A DNA stretch of 64,000 nt from Octopus bimaculoides (GCF_001194135.2 NC_068982.1:43396694-43460693); one strand, 5' to 3'; positions 1 to 11,500 are shown, numbered from the stretch's first letter. Notes: generated from the sequence alone by a model not told the origin. Numbers and translations are program-made.

Positions 1-584
1 AGTCACACCGATATGTCTTACTGTTTATGACAACAGCGACGACAACGATGCTGGTGGTGGTAGTGGTGGTTGTGGTGGTGGTATGGTGGTGGTGGTGGTG
101 TCAGCGGTGTCAGTGCTAGTGTTCATTTTTGTAGTTTTTCATTTTGTTGCTATTTAACTAGAAATCAACATTTATCGAGCAAATCTATAATTAAAGGTAT
201 TTCCCTTCCTGCACTTCCCTTCCTAACCATCCTGTCTTTAAGAAGCGGGTATGTAAGATTACATTATTTAACGTATCTCGCGTCCATTTTCTTAGACAGC
301 AGGGAAATTTGTGGGAGGCTTGGTCGCTATTTCCAGCAGGCTAAACAATCACGCAAAGGTTCCTTTGTTGGTGTATTAGTATAGTTGAGAGCTTAGCTTT
401 CATGATAAGGGAAAACAACATAATTCCGTGAAAGGCATTGAGTGACAGAATCTGTGGAATGTCTTCCTTAATGCCTTATTGCTATATTTAGTTACATTCT
501 GAGTTCAAACCCCAACGGAGTAAGATTTGTCATTCCTAATTCTCATGTTGTTGGGGTCGATATTATCGACTTGTGCCTGCATTT

Positions 585-1560
585 GTAAAAATCATTTCTG
601 CAGACTCCGAACGAGAAGGTGTGGACATACTTTAGCAGACCCATGTATAGTTCAGAAGAGGGTGACAATGAGTTTTTCAGCAGAAACAGTTGAGGGTGGT
701 TCGGTAACTCGTCTAACAGCAATAACAACGACAATGACAATGAAGCGTGTGCATAGCTTGTCGTTAGAGAATGGAAGGAGTTTTTCAAAATTTGCTTCAA
801 ACTCGATTAAGGCTTTGTGGCAGATTAGTATCGCTAAAGATTCAGTTTCCTTGCTTGAAAAACTTGTTCAAGAGTGAACATGGAAAAAGCTAACAGGCCT
901 TTGCTTCACTGAGAAAGGAGGCTTTTTCTTTATCTTAGCAGGTTCAATGGTTCGGTTGTTCGACCGCTGAGCAAGTACTTTGTCTGTCGACTGGCGCAAG
1001 GCCTACGGTATGATTTGCTTAACATTCGAGACGGAGGGCGAAGCACAAAGTTAAGAGGAAATAGCATAAGAAATACCTGTTCATAGGCTTGTATCTCAGC
1101 ACATGGGCCAGTGTACCCCAAAATGACAGTCAGAACAGAAATCTGACCTTTTTGTTCAATACTTGAGGTAAAAAGAGTTACTCGAAAGTTTTCTGTTCCG
1201 AGTAGTTGGAATTATAGAATTATAGAAAAGTGAAGGAGGAGCCGATAGCAACAAAAGAGCAGTGTTTCGGAGACTGTCTTTTCAACAGTTCCGCTGGTCG
1301 AAACTCCGGATATGAAAATCAAATCAACGCATCTTCTATCTCTATTATACTGATGTCCCTCCCAGTAATAACACACATCTACTTAAGAGGATGAGATCCA
1401 AATAGAAGCTGAAGAAAACCGGCAAGCCGCTGCTGAATAAAATGAAAAAAAAATGTTAGCTTTATCAGAAAGCTTCCAGGAAAGCGGAGCAAATGCCTGT
1501 CTGCATCGATTCGTGCAAACTCACGTCTTTCAGAAGAAAGATCAACGGCCTACTCGAATT
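585..1560 (+). pseudogene. Possible heavily decayed rve-type integrase (KRBA2/SCAND3/Ginger-like), many stops and frameshifts
   Basis: Translated pieces FCRLR, LSLENGRSF-x10-LW (resembles LQSDNGREF-x10-LW), (W/L)AQGLRY (resembles WSxGLRF) and EENRQAAAE*NEKKMLALS occur in the expected order, but spacing is partly off. Recognition by memory only. Confidence 0.3.
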
Positions 1561-3646
1561 GTTATTTGAGCTGGTTGATAATCAACTAAGTAATGAGTGG
1601 ATGAGTTGGGAGTAGGAGGTAAAAACTGGAAGTACCCCGAAGATTGTTGTGATATATGAATGTTTTGCCAAATGTAGTGGTTTTGAAAACTGGTTCACAA
1701 TGATATTTTCAGTGTTAATTCGGGAGATCATTTGTTTCCAAATATCCTGTGGGCCAGACTCGAAGAGCACTTTCACTCTATATTTCATTTGATTTAACAT
1801 GTATTTTATATTTTATAATTATTCTGTGTTGTGATTAATGTTTTAATACTTTCATTGCATGTCTTAGCTCACCCACATTTTTATGACTTTGTTTTGTCCA
1901 TTCACAAATGTTTTATAACACATATGTTTAGACATTTCATTGTATGTGTGTTCCTTTATGAGTAATAAAGAAAAAATCGTCATTAGTACTGTTATTATTG
2001 TTGATTGTATTTTTGTGCTTTGAGATAGTCAGGTATTGAGATTACATAGAAAATTACTTTTGATACGGAATTTCTAAACAAGGACGTAGAAATTCAATTA
2101 ATTGCATTAAATCTCCTTCCTTTGGAGTAAAAAAAGACTTTAATTTAAAAAGAAATATTTTGTTTCTACCATTTGTAAAAAGAAAAACAGAATGACTACA
2201 GTGTTTAAAAATACACCCCAAATTCGAATGTAAACTAATGCGTTTTTACAGGCAGTTGAGAGAAGAGAAAAGCAGACCCCGTTTTTCAATGGTTTGTATA
2301 TTTTTCATAAGAATCAAATACAAATTTTCTGTCAGAAAATAACTTAATTTTGAACAACATAAATGACTTGCATAACGATAACAGCATCAACAACAAGAAT
2401 AACACGTATCGATGTGTTTCGCACAATCGAAGAAATTAATGGAGAGTTCAAATTGAGAAACAGGGAAAATTTTTCCAGCTTCCTTACTTTCACTGGACCT
2501 ACATAAAACAGGTGATAGTTAGATACAAATTATCTGACTGAGAAATGGTTTGGTCAGTAGAGGTGTGTGATAAGAGAAGGAGCATCCGTACCGCAGTCTT
2601 TTATTTTTTTTTTTTTTCGAACAGCTAGAGAAAGGAAAATTATCTGTTCACCTCGAAAGATACTAAGGCTTTTCTCATACTTCCAAAAAGTAACTGAAGA
2701 CGGCCCTTGCCTAACCAATGTATAGAATAATCTATTCCCCACTGACTGAGATATAGAGTATGAAACCAGATGCGTCATATTAATAACAGAGGACGATATG
2801 AAAAAGGCGGAGCTGATAAATTAGTCACCTGCTCAGAAGCTCGTATTAAAATACTTGAATAAGCACAAAGGTTACAGCAAAAGGACATTCGAGACGACAT
2901 TGACTCTTGATTCATCATCACTTTTGTAACACAGTACGAGCAGGTAATGAACGCTGAAATAACCATGCATGATACATGGTTGCGTTTCGAGCTACGTTGA
3001 TATATTAGTCTAATGACACCAAAGGACAAAAAAAAATCCCGGAGCTATGCTTATTTGTGGCGACAAAAAGAAAAGCTGTGGTGTGACTGTTGGCATAGGG
3101 AACAAAGATCAAGTTTTACATTTCTGGCAATAAGAGTAACTTCAGAAATTTCTGCTCTAAACAAGTAGAAAAATACAGAAAGAGATAGTAGCAATATCAG
3201 TAAAAATCAGAGAAGATTCTGCTGACTGCTGTTCCAAAAGCATCAGGAATTGTAGCTCCAGAAACGTCGGAAATGATGCTTCTTTCTCGAGGGTACTAGT
3301 ATAATTGAACAAGTAGAGATTATTGTTTTTGTTTCCTTCCTATATGATATCCAAAGAATATCTGGGATATTTTCATAAGACCCTTTGTGATAGTCCGTTG
3401 TTGTGTCTTAGCTGTAAATTTACCTTATACTACCCTCTGCAATTTCATAACAAAGAAAAGGCATTTCCCTTAATGCTGAAGTTTGAAATTTGTAATGTGT
3501 CATAGCTTACTGTAGCTGGGTGTTCCCCTTTTGGGACATATACAAGTTACAATATAATGTCTATACATTTTACACACACATACACACATTTTATACTTAT
3601 TTTTTTACGCTCATTGTAAAAGCCCCATTTGTTAACCTTTTGGAAA

Positions 3647-3713
<67 letters not shown>
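3647..3713. repeat. (TAT)n microsatellite
   Basis: Perfect trinucleotide tract read directly. Confidence 0.95.
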
Positions 3714-3715
<2 letters not shown>

Positions 3716-4170
3716 ATATTTTCTTTCCATCCATCATTGGACAGAGATTTTTACCTTGGAAGCAAAGAACCTAGACATTAAAACTGGAGTAAAGAAAAAA
3801 AAATAAAGAAAAGAAGAAAACGGTTTGGGGATTGAGAATTATTTTGAAAGAAAAGAACTGGAAGAGAACTCATCAAGATTTTTGAGGTTAAGCAAACATT
3901 CGAGATATATTTATCTTCCAATTCACATAATTCTAGGAAAGGTTTCACCAGTACCTTCTGATTCTTTTATTTCAAGTTTTCGTATTTTCTTTTGTCGTTC
4001 TTTTGCACATGAGAGTATGCATCCGTGAATATTTGTATTTTTTATGTTGTGTCAATGGTTGTATGTATGTCTGTATGTGAGTACATTTGAATCCACGTGC
4101 AGGCCACCAATACGTTTGAAATGTATTGTCAGCGAGGAGGCTGCTATGACATAAAATAACAAAGCAAGTG

Positions 4171-4172
4171 GA

Positions 4173-4207
<35 letters not shown>

Positions 4208-4229
4208 ATAGTAGTAGTAGTAGTAGTAG
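4171..4229. repeat. (TAG)n microsatellite
   Basis: Near-perfect tract read directly. Confidence 0.95.
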
Positions 4230-4712
4230 TTCTCATCTTTATCATCATTATCACAGTCAACAGAAATGTTGACAGAATAAAACCACTCAGCAAAATAACC
4301 ACTTTGGTTTGTTTTGTTATATGTACCCAAGAACTGAATATGTTTCTTAAAGGCAACGAAGAGTGTAAAAGGGACTTGAAATCTAAAATGGAACATTTGT
4401 TGAAGGGTAGGTGAACGTGGCAAGGAACGTGGCCTGCTCTGAACATTCTCTTATAAATCGGAGGAGGTGAGAAGGAGAGGGGCGTCTGCAGAGATGCACC
4501 TGGTGGTCGGGGTAACCAAGATGTTTGGGTTTCCTCGGTTGTCGCTGTGAGGAAAACCCTCACTTTGGGGGAATTTTTATTGTTTAATTGTATTGGTAAT
4601 CGTCATTGTTATTTTATTGTTTATTCAATTTTTATGATAAACCCCACGTTCCCCCTTGTTTCGTATTGTCCCTATTTGTTTTTGTTCGGCCTTTGTGGCC
4701 AATAAAGCAACG

Positions 4713-4748
<36 letters not shown>

Positions 4749-4750
4749 GT

Positions 4751-4960
4751 GGTTAGCTGGCAGAATCATTAGCACGCCGGGTAAAATGCTTAGCGGTATT
4801 TTGTCCGTCTTCGCGTTCTGAGTTCAAATTCCGCCGAAGTCGACTTATCATTTCAGCCTTTCGGGATCGATAAATTAAGTGCCAGTTAAGTACTAGGGTC
4901 ACAGTGATCGACTATCCCTCTCCCCACAAATTCCAAGCCTTGTGTCTATAGTAGAAAATA
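4751..4960 (+). mobile_element. SINE family A copy (tRNA-like head, (ATT)n tail)
   Basis: AGCTGGCAGAATC head, B-box-like GAGTTCAAATTCC, TCGATAAATTAAG module, ends in (ATT)n; homologous to more than 20 other copies in the window. Confidence 0.85.
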
Positions 4961-4974
4961 TTATTATTATTATT

Positions 4975-5772
4975 GTTCAGTAGTTTTATTTTTATAACGT
5001 GCTTTCAATTCACTACCGAGCGCAGCTCTGTGCGCCTTGGGTATGTGCTGTGGTTTGCTGTGGTGCTCTTATGTTTACTGTATTGAAAGTGTTTTGCGTA
5101 GAATGTGTGCAGTACCCAGTAGTGCAATTTTCTGTATGTTATATATATTTGAAAGTCCTGGTGTTTTTGTTATGTATTTGTCTGAATATTTTTTTATTAT
5201 ACCTAAGGCACCTACTATGATAGGAATTGTTTCTGTTTTTAGATTCCACATTCGAGTTATCTCTATTTCNNNNNNNNNNNNNNNNNNNNNNNNNNNNNNN
5301 NNNNNNNNNNNNNNNNNNNNNNNNNNNNNNNNNNNNNNNNNNNNNNNNNNNNNNNNNNNNNNNNNNNNNNNNNNNNNNNNNNNNNNNNNNNNNNNNNNNN
5401 NNNNNNNNNNNNNNNNNNNNNNNNNNNNNNNNNNNNNNNNNNNNNNNNNNNNNNNNNNNNNNNNNNNNNNNNNNNNNNNNNNNNNNNNNNNNNNNNNNNN
5501 NNNNNNNNNNNNNNNNNNNNNNNNNNNNNNNNNNNNNNNNNNNNNNNNNNNNNNNNNNNNNNNNNNNNNNNNNNNNNNNNNNNNNNNNNNNNNNNNNNNN
5601 NNNNNNNNNNNNNNNNNNNNNNNNNNNNNNNNNNNNNNNNNNNNNNNNNNNNNNNNNNNNNNNNNNNNNNNNNNNNNNNNNNNNNNNNNNNNNNNNNNNN
5701 NNNNNNNTGTTTATACCATCTCTTTTCTGTTGTTATTCCATAGTGTTGGCATAGCTTCCAGTGTATATAGGT
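4975..5772 (-). mobile_element. 5'-truncated RLE-type non-LTR retrotransposon 3' end (R4/Dong-like), spanning an N gap
   Basis: Minus strand reads YIHWKLCQHYGITTEKRWYK, then after the gap EIEITRMWNLKTETIPIIVGALGIIKK and (after a frameshift) TKTPGLSNIYNIQKIALLGTAHILRKTLSIQ*, then a short 3' UTR ending in (AAT)n. (ATT)n tracts flank both sides. Confidence 0.75.
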
Positions 5773-5774
5773 CA

Positions 5775-5815
<41 letters not shown>

Positions 5816-6590
5816 GCGGCGAGCTGGCAGAATCGTTAGCAAGCCGGGTGAAATGCTTAGAGGTATTTCGCCTGCTGCTACGCTCTGAACTCAAATTCCG
5901 CCGAGGCCAACTTTGCCATTCATCCTTTGGGGTTCAATAAATTAAGTACCAGTTGAGTACTGAAGTTAATGTGATCGACTGTCCCCCTCCCCACAAAATC
6001 CAGGCTTTGTGCCTATAGTAGAAAGGATTATCATTATTATTATTATTGTTGTTGTTGTTGTTGTTGTTGTTATTAAGGCGGTGAACTGGCAGAATCGTTA
6101 GCACGGTGGACATAATACTTAGCAGTATTTCGCCCGCCGCTATGTTCTGAGTTCAAATTCCGCCGAAGTCGACTTTGCCTTTCATCCTTTCAGGGTCGAT
6201 AAATTAAGTACCATTTGAATACTTGGGTCAATGTAATCGATTCATCCCCTCCCAAAAGCTACCCTTGTGGCAAAATTCGCCATATTATTAGTATTATTAG
6301 TATTATTATAAAGGCGGTGAGCTGGCAGAGTCTTTAGCAGGCTGGACAAAATGCTTAGTGGTATTTCACCCGTCGCTACGTACTGATTTCAAATTCCGCC
6401 GAGGTTGACTTTGCCTTTCATCCTTTCGGGGTCGATAAATTAAGTACCAGTAAAATTCTGCGGTCGATGTAATCGACTAGTCCTCTCCCCCAAAACTTCA
6501 GACCTTGTGCCTATAATAGAAAGGATAATCGATTAGTCACCTCACCACAAATTTGAGGCCTTGTGCCTCCCGTAGAAAGGATTATTATTA
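5816..6590 (+). mobile_element. Head-to-tail chain of SINE A copies (about 5816-6030, 6077-6282, 6313-6530, partial 6531-6590)
   Basis: Each starts GCGG(C/T)GA(G/A)CTGGCAGA, contains GTTCAAATTCCGCCGA and is separated by (ATT)n/(GTT)n. Confidence 0.85.
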
Positions 6591-6598
6591 TTATTATT

Positions 6599-6802
6599 GT
6601 TCAGTAGTTTTATTTTTATAACGTGCTTTCACTTCACTACCGAGCGCAGCTCTGTGGGCCTTGGGTATGTGCTGTGGTTTGCTGTGATGCTCTTATGGTT
6701 ACTGTACTGAAAGTACAGTAGGATGTGTGCAGTGCCCAGCAGTGCAATTTTCTGTATGTTATATATATTTGTAAGTCCTGGTGTTTTTGTTATGTATTTG
6801 TC
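6599..6802 (-). mobile_element. Second, shorter 3' end of the same R4/Dong-like element
   Basis: Closely matches 4975-5180 and again abuts an (ATT)n tract. Confidence 0.75.
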
Positions 6803-6818
6803 TTTTTTTTTTTTTTTT

Positions 6819-6968
6819 GCGCTGAGCTGGCAAAATCGTTAGCACGCTGGACGAAGTGCTTAGCCGTATTTCGCCTGTTGCTACGTTCTGAGTTCAAATT
6901 CAGCCGAGATCGAACTTTTTTTTTTCATCTTTTCGGGGTCGATAAATTAAGTATCAGTTGCGTACTGG
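6819..6968 (+). mobile_element. SINE A copy truncated by gap
   Basis: GAGCTGGCAAAATCGTTAGCAC...GTTCTGAGTTCAAATT...GTCGATAAATTAAGTA. Confidence 0.8.
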
Positions 6969-7148
6969 NNNNNNNNNNNNNNNNNNNNNNNNNNNNNNNN
7001 NNNNNNNNNNNNNNNNNNNNNNNNNNNNNNNNNNNNNNNNNNNNNNNNNNNNNNNNNNNNNNNNNNNNNNNNNNNNNNNNNNNNNNNNNNNNNNNNNNNN
7101 NNNNNNNNNNNNNNNNNNNNNNNNNNNNNNNNNNNNNNNNNNNNNNNC

Positions 7149-7675
7149 GAGTAAGTTATAGAAATGAGTATACCACTTATTGATTCTCTCGTCCTTTGAT
7201 TTTACTTTGATGATTCCCTGCTTTGCAGCTTTGCGAACAGCGATGGAGATAATCAGTCTCCAGCTTTCTCTATGCTTACTCTTTGCGTCTGCATTTTCGA
7301 CCTGGGAGATCATTTCATCCAGTTGCTCTTCTTGAATCTCTTGGTACACCTGTTTTAGACCCTCTTTCTTTTTTTGTGAAGTTTGTTTAGTATCGTTGTT
7401 GGCAGCTTTTTGATAGTTGTTGAATGATTCTTGTGCTTCACTGCATGCTTTTTCTACCTTAGGATCATCAGCTAACTTTCTCCGTTTAATCCTCTTCTTT
7501 ATCGTATCAGTTTTGCTGCCGCTTCTTCATTTGATTGCACAAACTTGCCATTATTGCTCTGTTACAGTATCCCTGTTGTTGGATAGTTCAGCAAATCTGT
7601 TACGCACTTCAACCGTACAAGGTTGTTGAAGTTCTGTATTTCGCAATGTAGACCAATCGTTGCATTTTTTTTTTC
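7149..7675 (-). mobile_element. LINE (RTE/RTE-X-like) ORF2 segment between endonuclease and RT, inverted relative to the adjacent RT segment
   Basis: Minus strand reads DWSTLRNTELQQ..TVEVRNRFAELSNN...YQEIQEEQLDEMISQVENADAKSKHRESWRLI...KVKSKDERINKWYTHFYNLL. Confidence 0.7.
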
Positions 7676-7677
7676 TT

Positions 7678-8275
7678 CCAGTAACTGACCTAAACTATGC
7701 TGATGACCTGGTATTACTAACAGAGAGGACAGATCGGGAACAGGAGGTGCTGAGCAGATTAGAGTAGGAATCGGGGAAGGTAGAGTTGTACTGTAACGCA
7801 AAGAAAACAAGAGTTGCAAGTATTCAACCACGAAATGACTGTGTCAGTGAAAGTGGGAGACGGTAAGTCGTTCAAGGTAGTTGAAAATTTCAAATACCTT
7901 GGTACGGGGACACAAAGTACTGAAAAAGACATCGTAGCAAGGGAAGCTCTTGCCTGGAGCGCATGCCTTAAATTGAGAAAGGTATGGAGTTCAAAGTTAG
8001 CAAGGAAATTGAAAGTGAAGTTGTTTCTGGCAACAGTGGAGTCTGTTCTTTTATACGAGGCTGAAACATGGATGCTTACTAAAGCATTGAAGAAGCAGTT
8101 GGATAGTTGTTATACGAGGGTGCTTAGAATGGCACTCAGTGTCTCCTGGAAGAGTCACACAACAAACGCCGACTTATACCAGGGACTATCAAAAGTAACA
8201 TTGAAGATACAGCATAGAAGGATGAGACTAGCTGCATCAGACATACTGATGAAATTGCTAACAAGCTAGAATAAT
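7678..8275 (+). mobile_element. LINE (RTE/RTE-X-like) reverse transcriptase C-terminal segment, pseudogenised
   Basis: TDLNYADDLVLL (YADD motif), VVENFKYLG, VESVLLYEAETWMLTK, LDSCYTRVLRMALSVSW, IQHRRMRLA. Confidence 0.85.
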
Positions 8276-8417
8276 TATTCAAAATCACCTTGTCATGTGA
8301 TTTTGGAAGAAGCTATGGGAAACCACTCAAGTGTAATCTTCCCACTGTTTCTGTGGCATCACATAGTCCCGTAATTCCAAGTCTAACAGGGCAACGAAAT
8401 TCGGCAACGAAATCTAA

Positions 8418-8542
8418 TATTCTTTTCTACTCCAGGCACAAGGCCCGAAATTTTGGAGGAGGGGGCCAGTCGATTAGATCGACCCCAGTACGCAACTGGT
8501 ACTTAATTTATTGACCCCGAAAGGATGAGAAGCAAAGTCGCC
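8418..8542 (-). mobile_element. SINE A 3' half
   Basis: Reverse complement of the TCGATAAATTAAGTACCAG...TCGAC...CTTGTGCC module. Confidence 0.75.
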
Positions 8543-9435
8543 AGATCGCCACCATAACGAAATTCTGATATTGATGATTCTATGGTGGTTTCGAACATAC
8601 ATCGACATAATTTATGCTATCTTTACCCCCACGCTTTATAATGATGTTTGGGTGGGCGTTGATAGACAAAAATGCGAACACAACTGACGTCAATAAAAAT
8701 TAAGCGCACATTTATTGAATAGGTATTAATGATCAGAAATACCAAACAAGAAAATACCAACAATTTAATGATATTTGATATCATTTGTCTCAATTCTGAT
8801 AGGTGAATTACATTATTTTGCTTTCTTCTTCTCATCTCTAATCTATTTCGATAGTATCAAAAATTGTTATGCAACTTGAAGCCTGCGTCTTACTTTCCAT
8901 TATTTAGCATCGCGTAGGCGGATTTGTTATTTTTCATTACTTATCATGTGTCTTATTTTTATTTATATTTTTCATCTACTCTACTCGTATAGCCGGTTCG
9001 ACTTGTTACTAGTGTAAAGGTTACACAAGTTTCATTGAAGATTTTCGGTTGAAGACGTAAATTTAAAACTGACACCACTTGTGTTATATTTATAATAGAA
9101 AAGGGCGAAATTTAGCTTTACAAATCGCCCAAAATAGTTTAATGTGGTCTTTTTGTGTTTCTTCTTTCAGTCATTTGATTCTTAAATAACGTCTCAATTT
9201 CATGTTTGTTTCTATTAATAAACTAACCAGATCGAAAAAAATCCATTGACGTAAATGAAAAAAAGGCGGTTGTGACAAAAAAAAAAAGTAAAATTAAAAC
9301 ACAGGTATTTGATTCATAAAAACTGTGTGAAAAACCAAATTAAAACTGTGTGGGTGTATTCATAGAAGGTGTTGGAGAAAAGACAAATACCTGTGATAAA
9401 TACTTGCAATTTAAACTATATGCACTTTTCTGTTG

Positions 9436-9814
9436 GTGGAGGCGCAATGGCCCAGTGATTAGGGCAGCGGACTCGCGGTCATAGGATCGCGGTTTCGATT
9501 CCCAGACCGAGCGTTGTGAGTGTTCATTGAGCGAAATCACCTACAGCTCCACGAGGCTCCGGCAGGGTGATGGTGGCGAACCCTGCTGTACTCTTTCACC
9601 ACAACTTTCTCTCACTTTTTTTCCTGTTTCTGTTGTGCCTGTAATTCAAAGGGTCAACCTTGTCACACTGTGTCACGCTGAATATCCCTGAGAACTACGT
9701 TAAGGGTACACGTGTCTGTGGAGTGCTCAGCCACTTGCACGTTAATTTCACGAGCAGGCTGTTCCGTTGGTCGGATCAACTGGAACCCTCGACGTCGTAA
9801 GCGACGGAGTGCCA
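9436..9814 (+). mobile_element. SINE family B, near full length, with 12-bp target-site duplication
   Basis: tRNA-like head TGGCCCAGTG...GGTTTCGATTCCC. TSD ACTTTTCTGTTG at 9424-9435 and 9815-9826. Homologous to 28458-29030 and 48299-48571. Confidence 0.9.
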
Positions 9815-9834
9815 ACTTTTCTGTTGATTTATTT

Positions 9835-10159
9835 GAAGGCACGTGGCCTAGTGGTTAAAGTAATCAGCTCACGATCGTAAGGGCGTGGGTTCGGTTCCTG
9901 ACGACGTGTTTTTTTTTTCCTTGAGTAAGACACTTTATTTCACGTTGCTCCTGTCCACTCAGCTGGCAAAAATGAGTAGTGCCTGTATTTCAAAGGGTCA
10001 GCCTTGTCACATTCTGTATCACGCTGAATTTCCCTGAGAACGACGTTAAGGGTATGCGTATCTGTAGAGTGTTCAGCCACTTGCACGTTAATTTCAGGAG
10101 CAGACTGTTCCGATGATCAGATCAACTGGAGCCTTCGTCGTCGTAACCATCGGAGTGCC
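9835..10159 (+). mobile_element. SINE B-related subfamily with CORE-like segment
   Basis: Different head (TGGCCTAGTGG...GGTTCGGTTCC) and CCTTGAGTAAGACACTT CORE-like motif, but the same 3' half as family B (AAGGGTCAGCCTTGTCAC...GGAGTGCC). Confidence 0.8.
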
Positions 10160-10446
10160 TGTTTGATTTATCTATTTATAATATATAGGTGAAGTGTGGC
10201 GAGTAATGAAGACTGCGTGAACATGATCAACGATGTAGTTTCGATTCTTTGATTGGGCTTCATTTATCTTTATTTGCACATGATATGGTTTTGCAAATAA
10301 ATAGATAAATTAGGATATTTAACTTTTTTTCTTCTTCTACAAACAAAGAATATTTGTAGTTAGCTAAGAAAATCAGTTTTTAGAGGATTAGCATAGTAAA
10401 ATCGACTAACACAGCAAAGAAGTAATTTTAATATCTAATAGACTAA

Positions 10447-11033
10447 GGCGGCGAGCTGGCAGAATCGTTATCACGCCGGGCGAAATACTTAGCGGTATTT
10501 CGTCTGCCGTTACGTTCTGAGTTCAAATTCCGCCGAGGTCGACTTTGCCTTTTATCCTTTCGTGGTCGATAAATTAAGTACCAGTTACGCACTGGGGTCG
10601 ATGTAATCGACTTAATCCGTTCGCCTGTTCTTGTTTGTTCCCTCTATGTTTAGCCCCTTGTGGGCAATAACGAAACAGGTATTTCGTCTGCCGTTACGTT
10701 CTGAGTGCAAATCCGCCGAGGTCAGCTTTGCCTTTCATCCTTTCGGGGTCGATAAATTAAATACCAGTTACGCACCAATTTAGCTATACAAATCGCTCAA
10801 AATAGTTTAATGTGGTCTTTTTGCGTTTCTTCTTTCAGTCATTTGACTCTTAGATAACGTCTCAATTTCATGTTTGTTTCTATTAATAAACTAACCAGAT
10901 CGAAAAAAATCCATTGACGTAAATGAAAAAAGGCGGTTGTGACAAAAAACTTAAACCCTTTTTCTGTCCTTGTTTGTCCCCTCTATGTTTAGACCCTTGT
11001 GGGCAATAAAGAAACAAGAAACGTTAGCACGCC
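10447..11033 (+). mobile_element. SINE A cluster: full copy, interrupted partial copy, and start of a third copy before the gap
   Basis: Full copy 10447-10676; partial 10678-10776 resuming at 10950; new head at about 11020. Confidence 0.85.
10777..10949 (+). repeat. Near-identical direct copy of unique sequence 9109-9282
   Basis: AATTTAGCT(T/A)TACAAATCGC...GGCGGTTGTGACAAAAAA present at both sites with only a few substitutions. Confidence 0.95.
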
Positions 11034-11320
11034 NNNNNNNNNNNNNNNNNNNNNNNNNNNNNNNNNNNNNNNNNNNNNNNNNNNNNNNNNNNNNNNNNNN
11101 NNNNNNNNNNNNNNNNNNNNNNNNNNNNNNNNNNNNNNNNNNNNNNNNNNNNNNNNNNNNNNNNNNNNNNNNNNNNNNNNNNNNNNNNNNNNNNNNNNNN
11201 NNNNNNNNNNNNNNNNNNNNNNNNNNNNNNNNNNNNNNNNNNNNNNNNNNNNNNNNNNNNNNNNNNNNNNNNNNNNNNNNNNNNNNNNNNNNNNNNNNNN
11301 NNNNNNNNNNNNNNNNNNNN

Positions 11321-11500
11321 ATAGTACAAGACTTCTGATGAAGGTACAAGACTTGAAGGCTCAAAACTTTTCATACACCCCTCCGAAACGCTTAGTTTTA
11401 GAACGGTGGCAGCTGATGAAGGAAATGTTCTCTATGTGGCCTGTGTGTTTTCTGTACTCTGTTTATCATTTTGTCCAGGGTTTTTTTTGCAACGTCCTGT
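11321..11500 (+). mobile_element. Probable Penelope-like element terminal-repeat fragment with hammerhead boxes
   Basis: CTGATGA at 11335, GAAAC at 11385 followed by GC(T)TA, second CTGATGA at 11413. Family assignment is inferred from motif style. Confidence 0.4.

Noticed and set aside
8685-8692. Perfect CRE TGACGTCA (also GTCACGTG at 16067)
   Set aside because: A single 8-mer is expected about once in a window of this size; no supporting context.
9436-9515. tRNA-like heads with A and B boxes (also 28458, 58593 and SINE A heads)
   Set aside because: They continue into long shared bodies with tails and TSDs, so they are SINEs, not tRNA genes.
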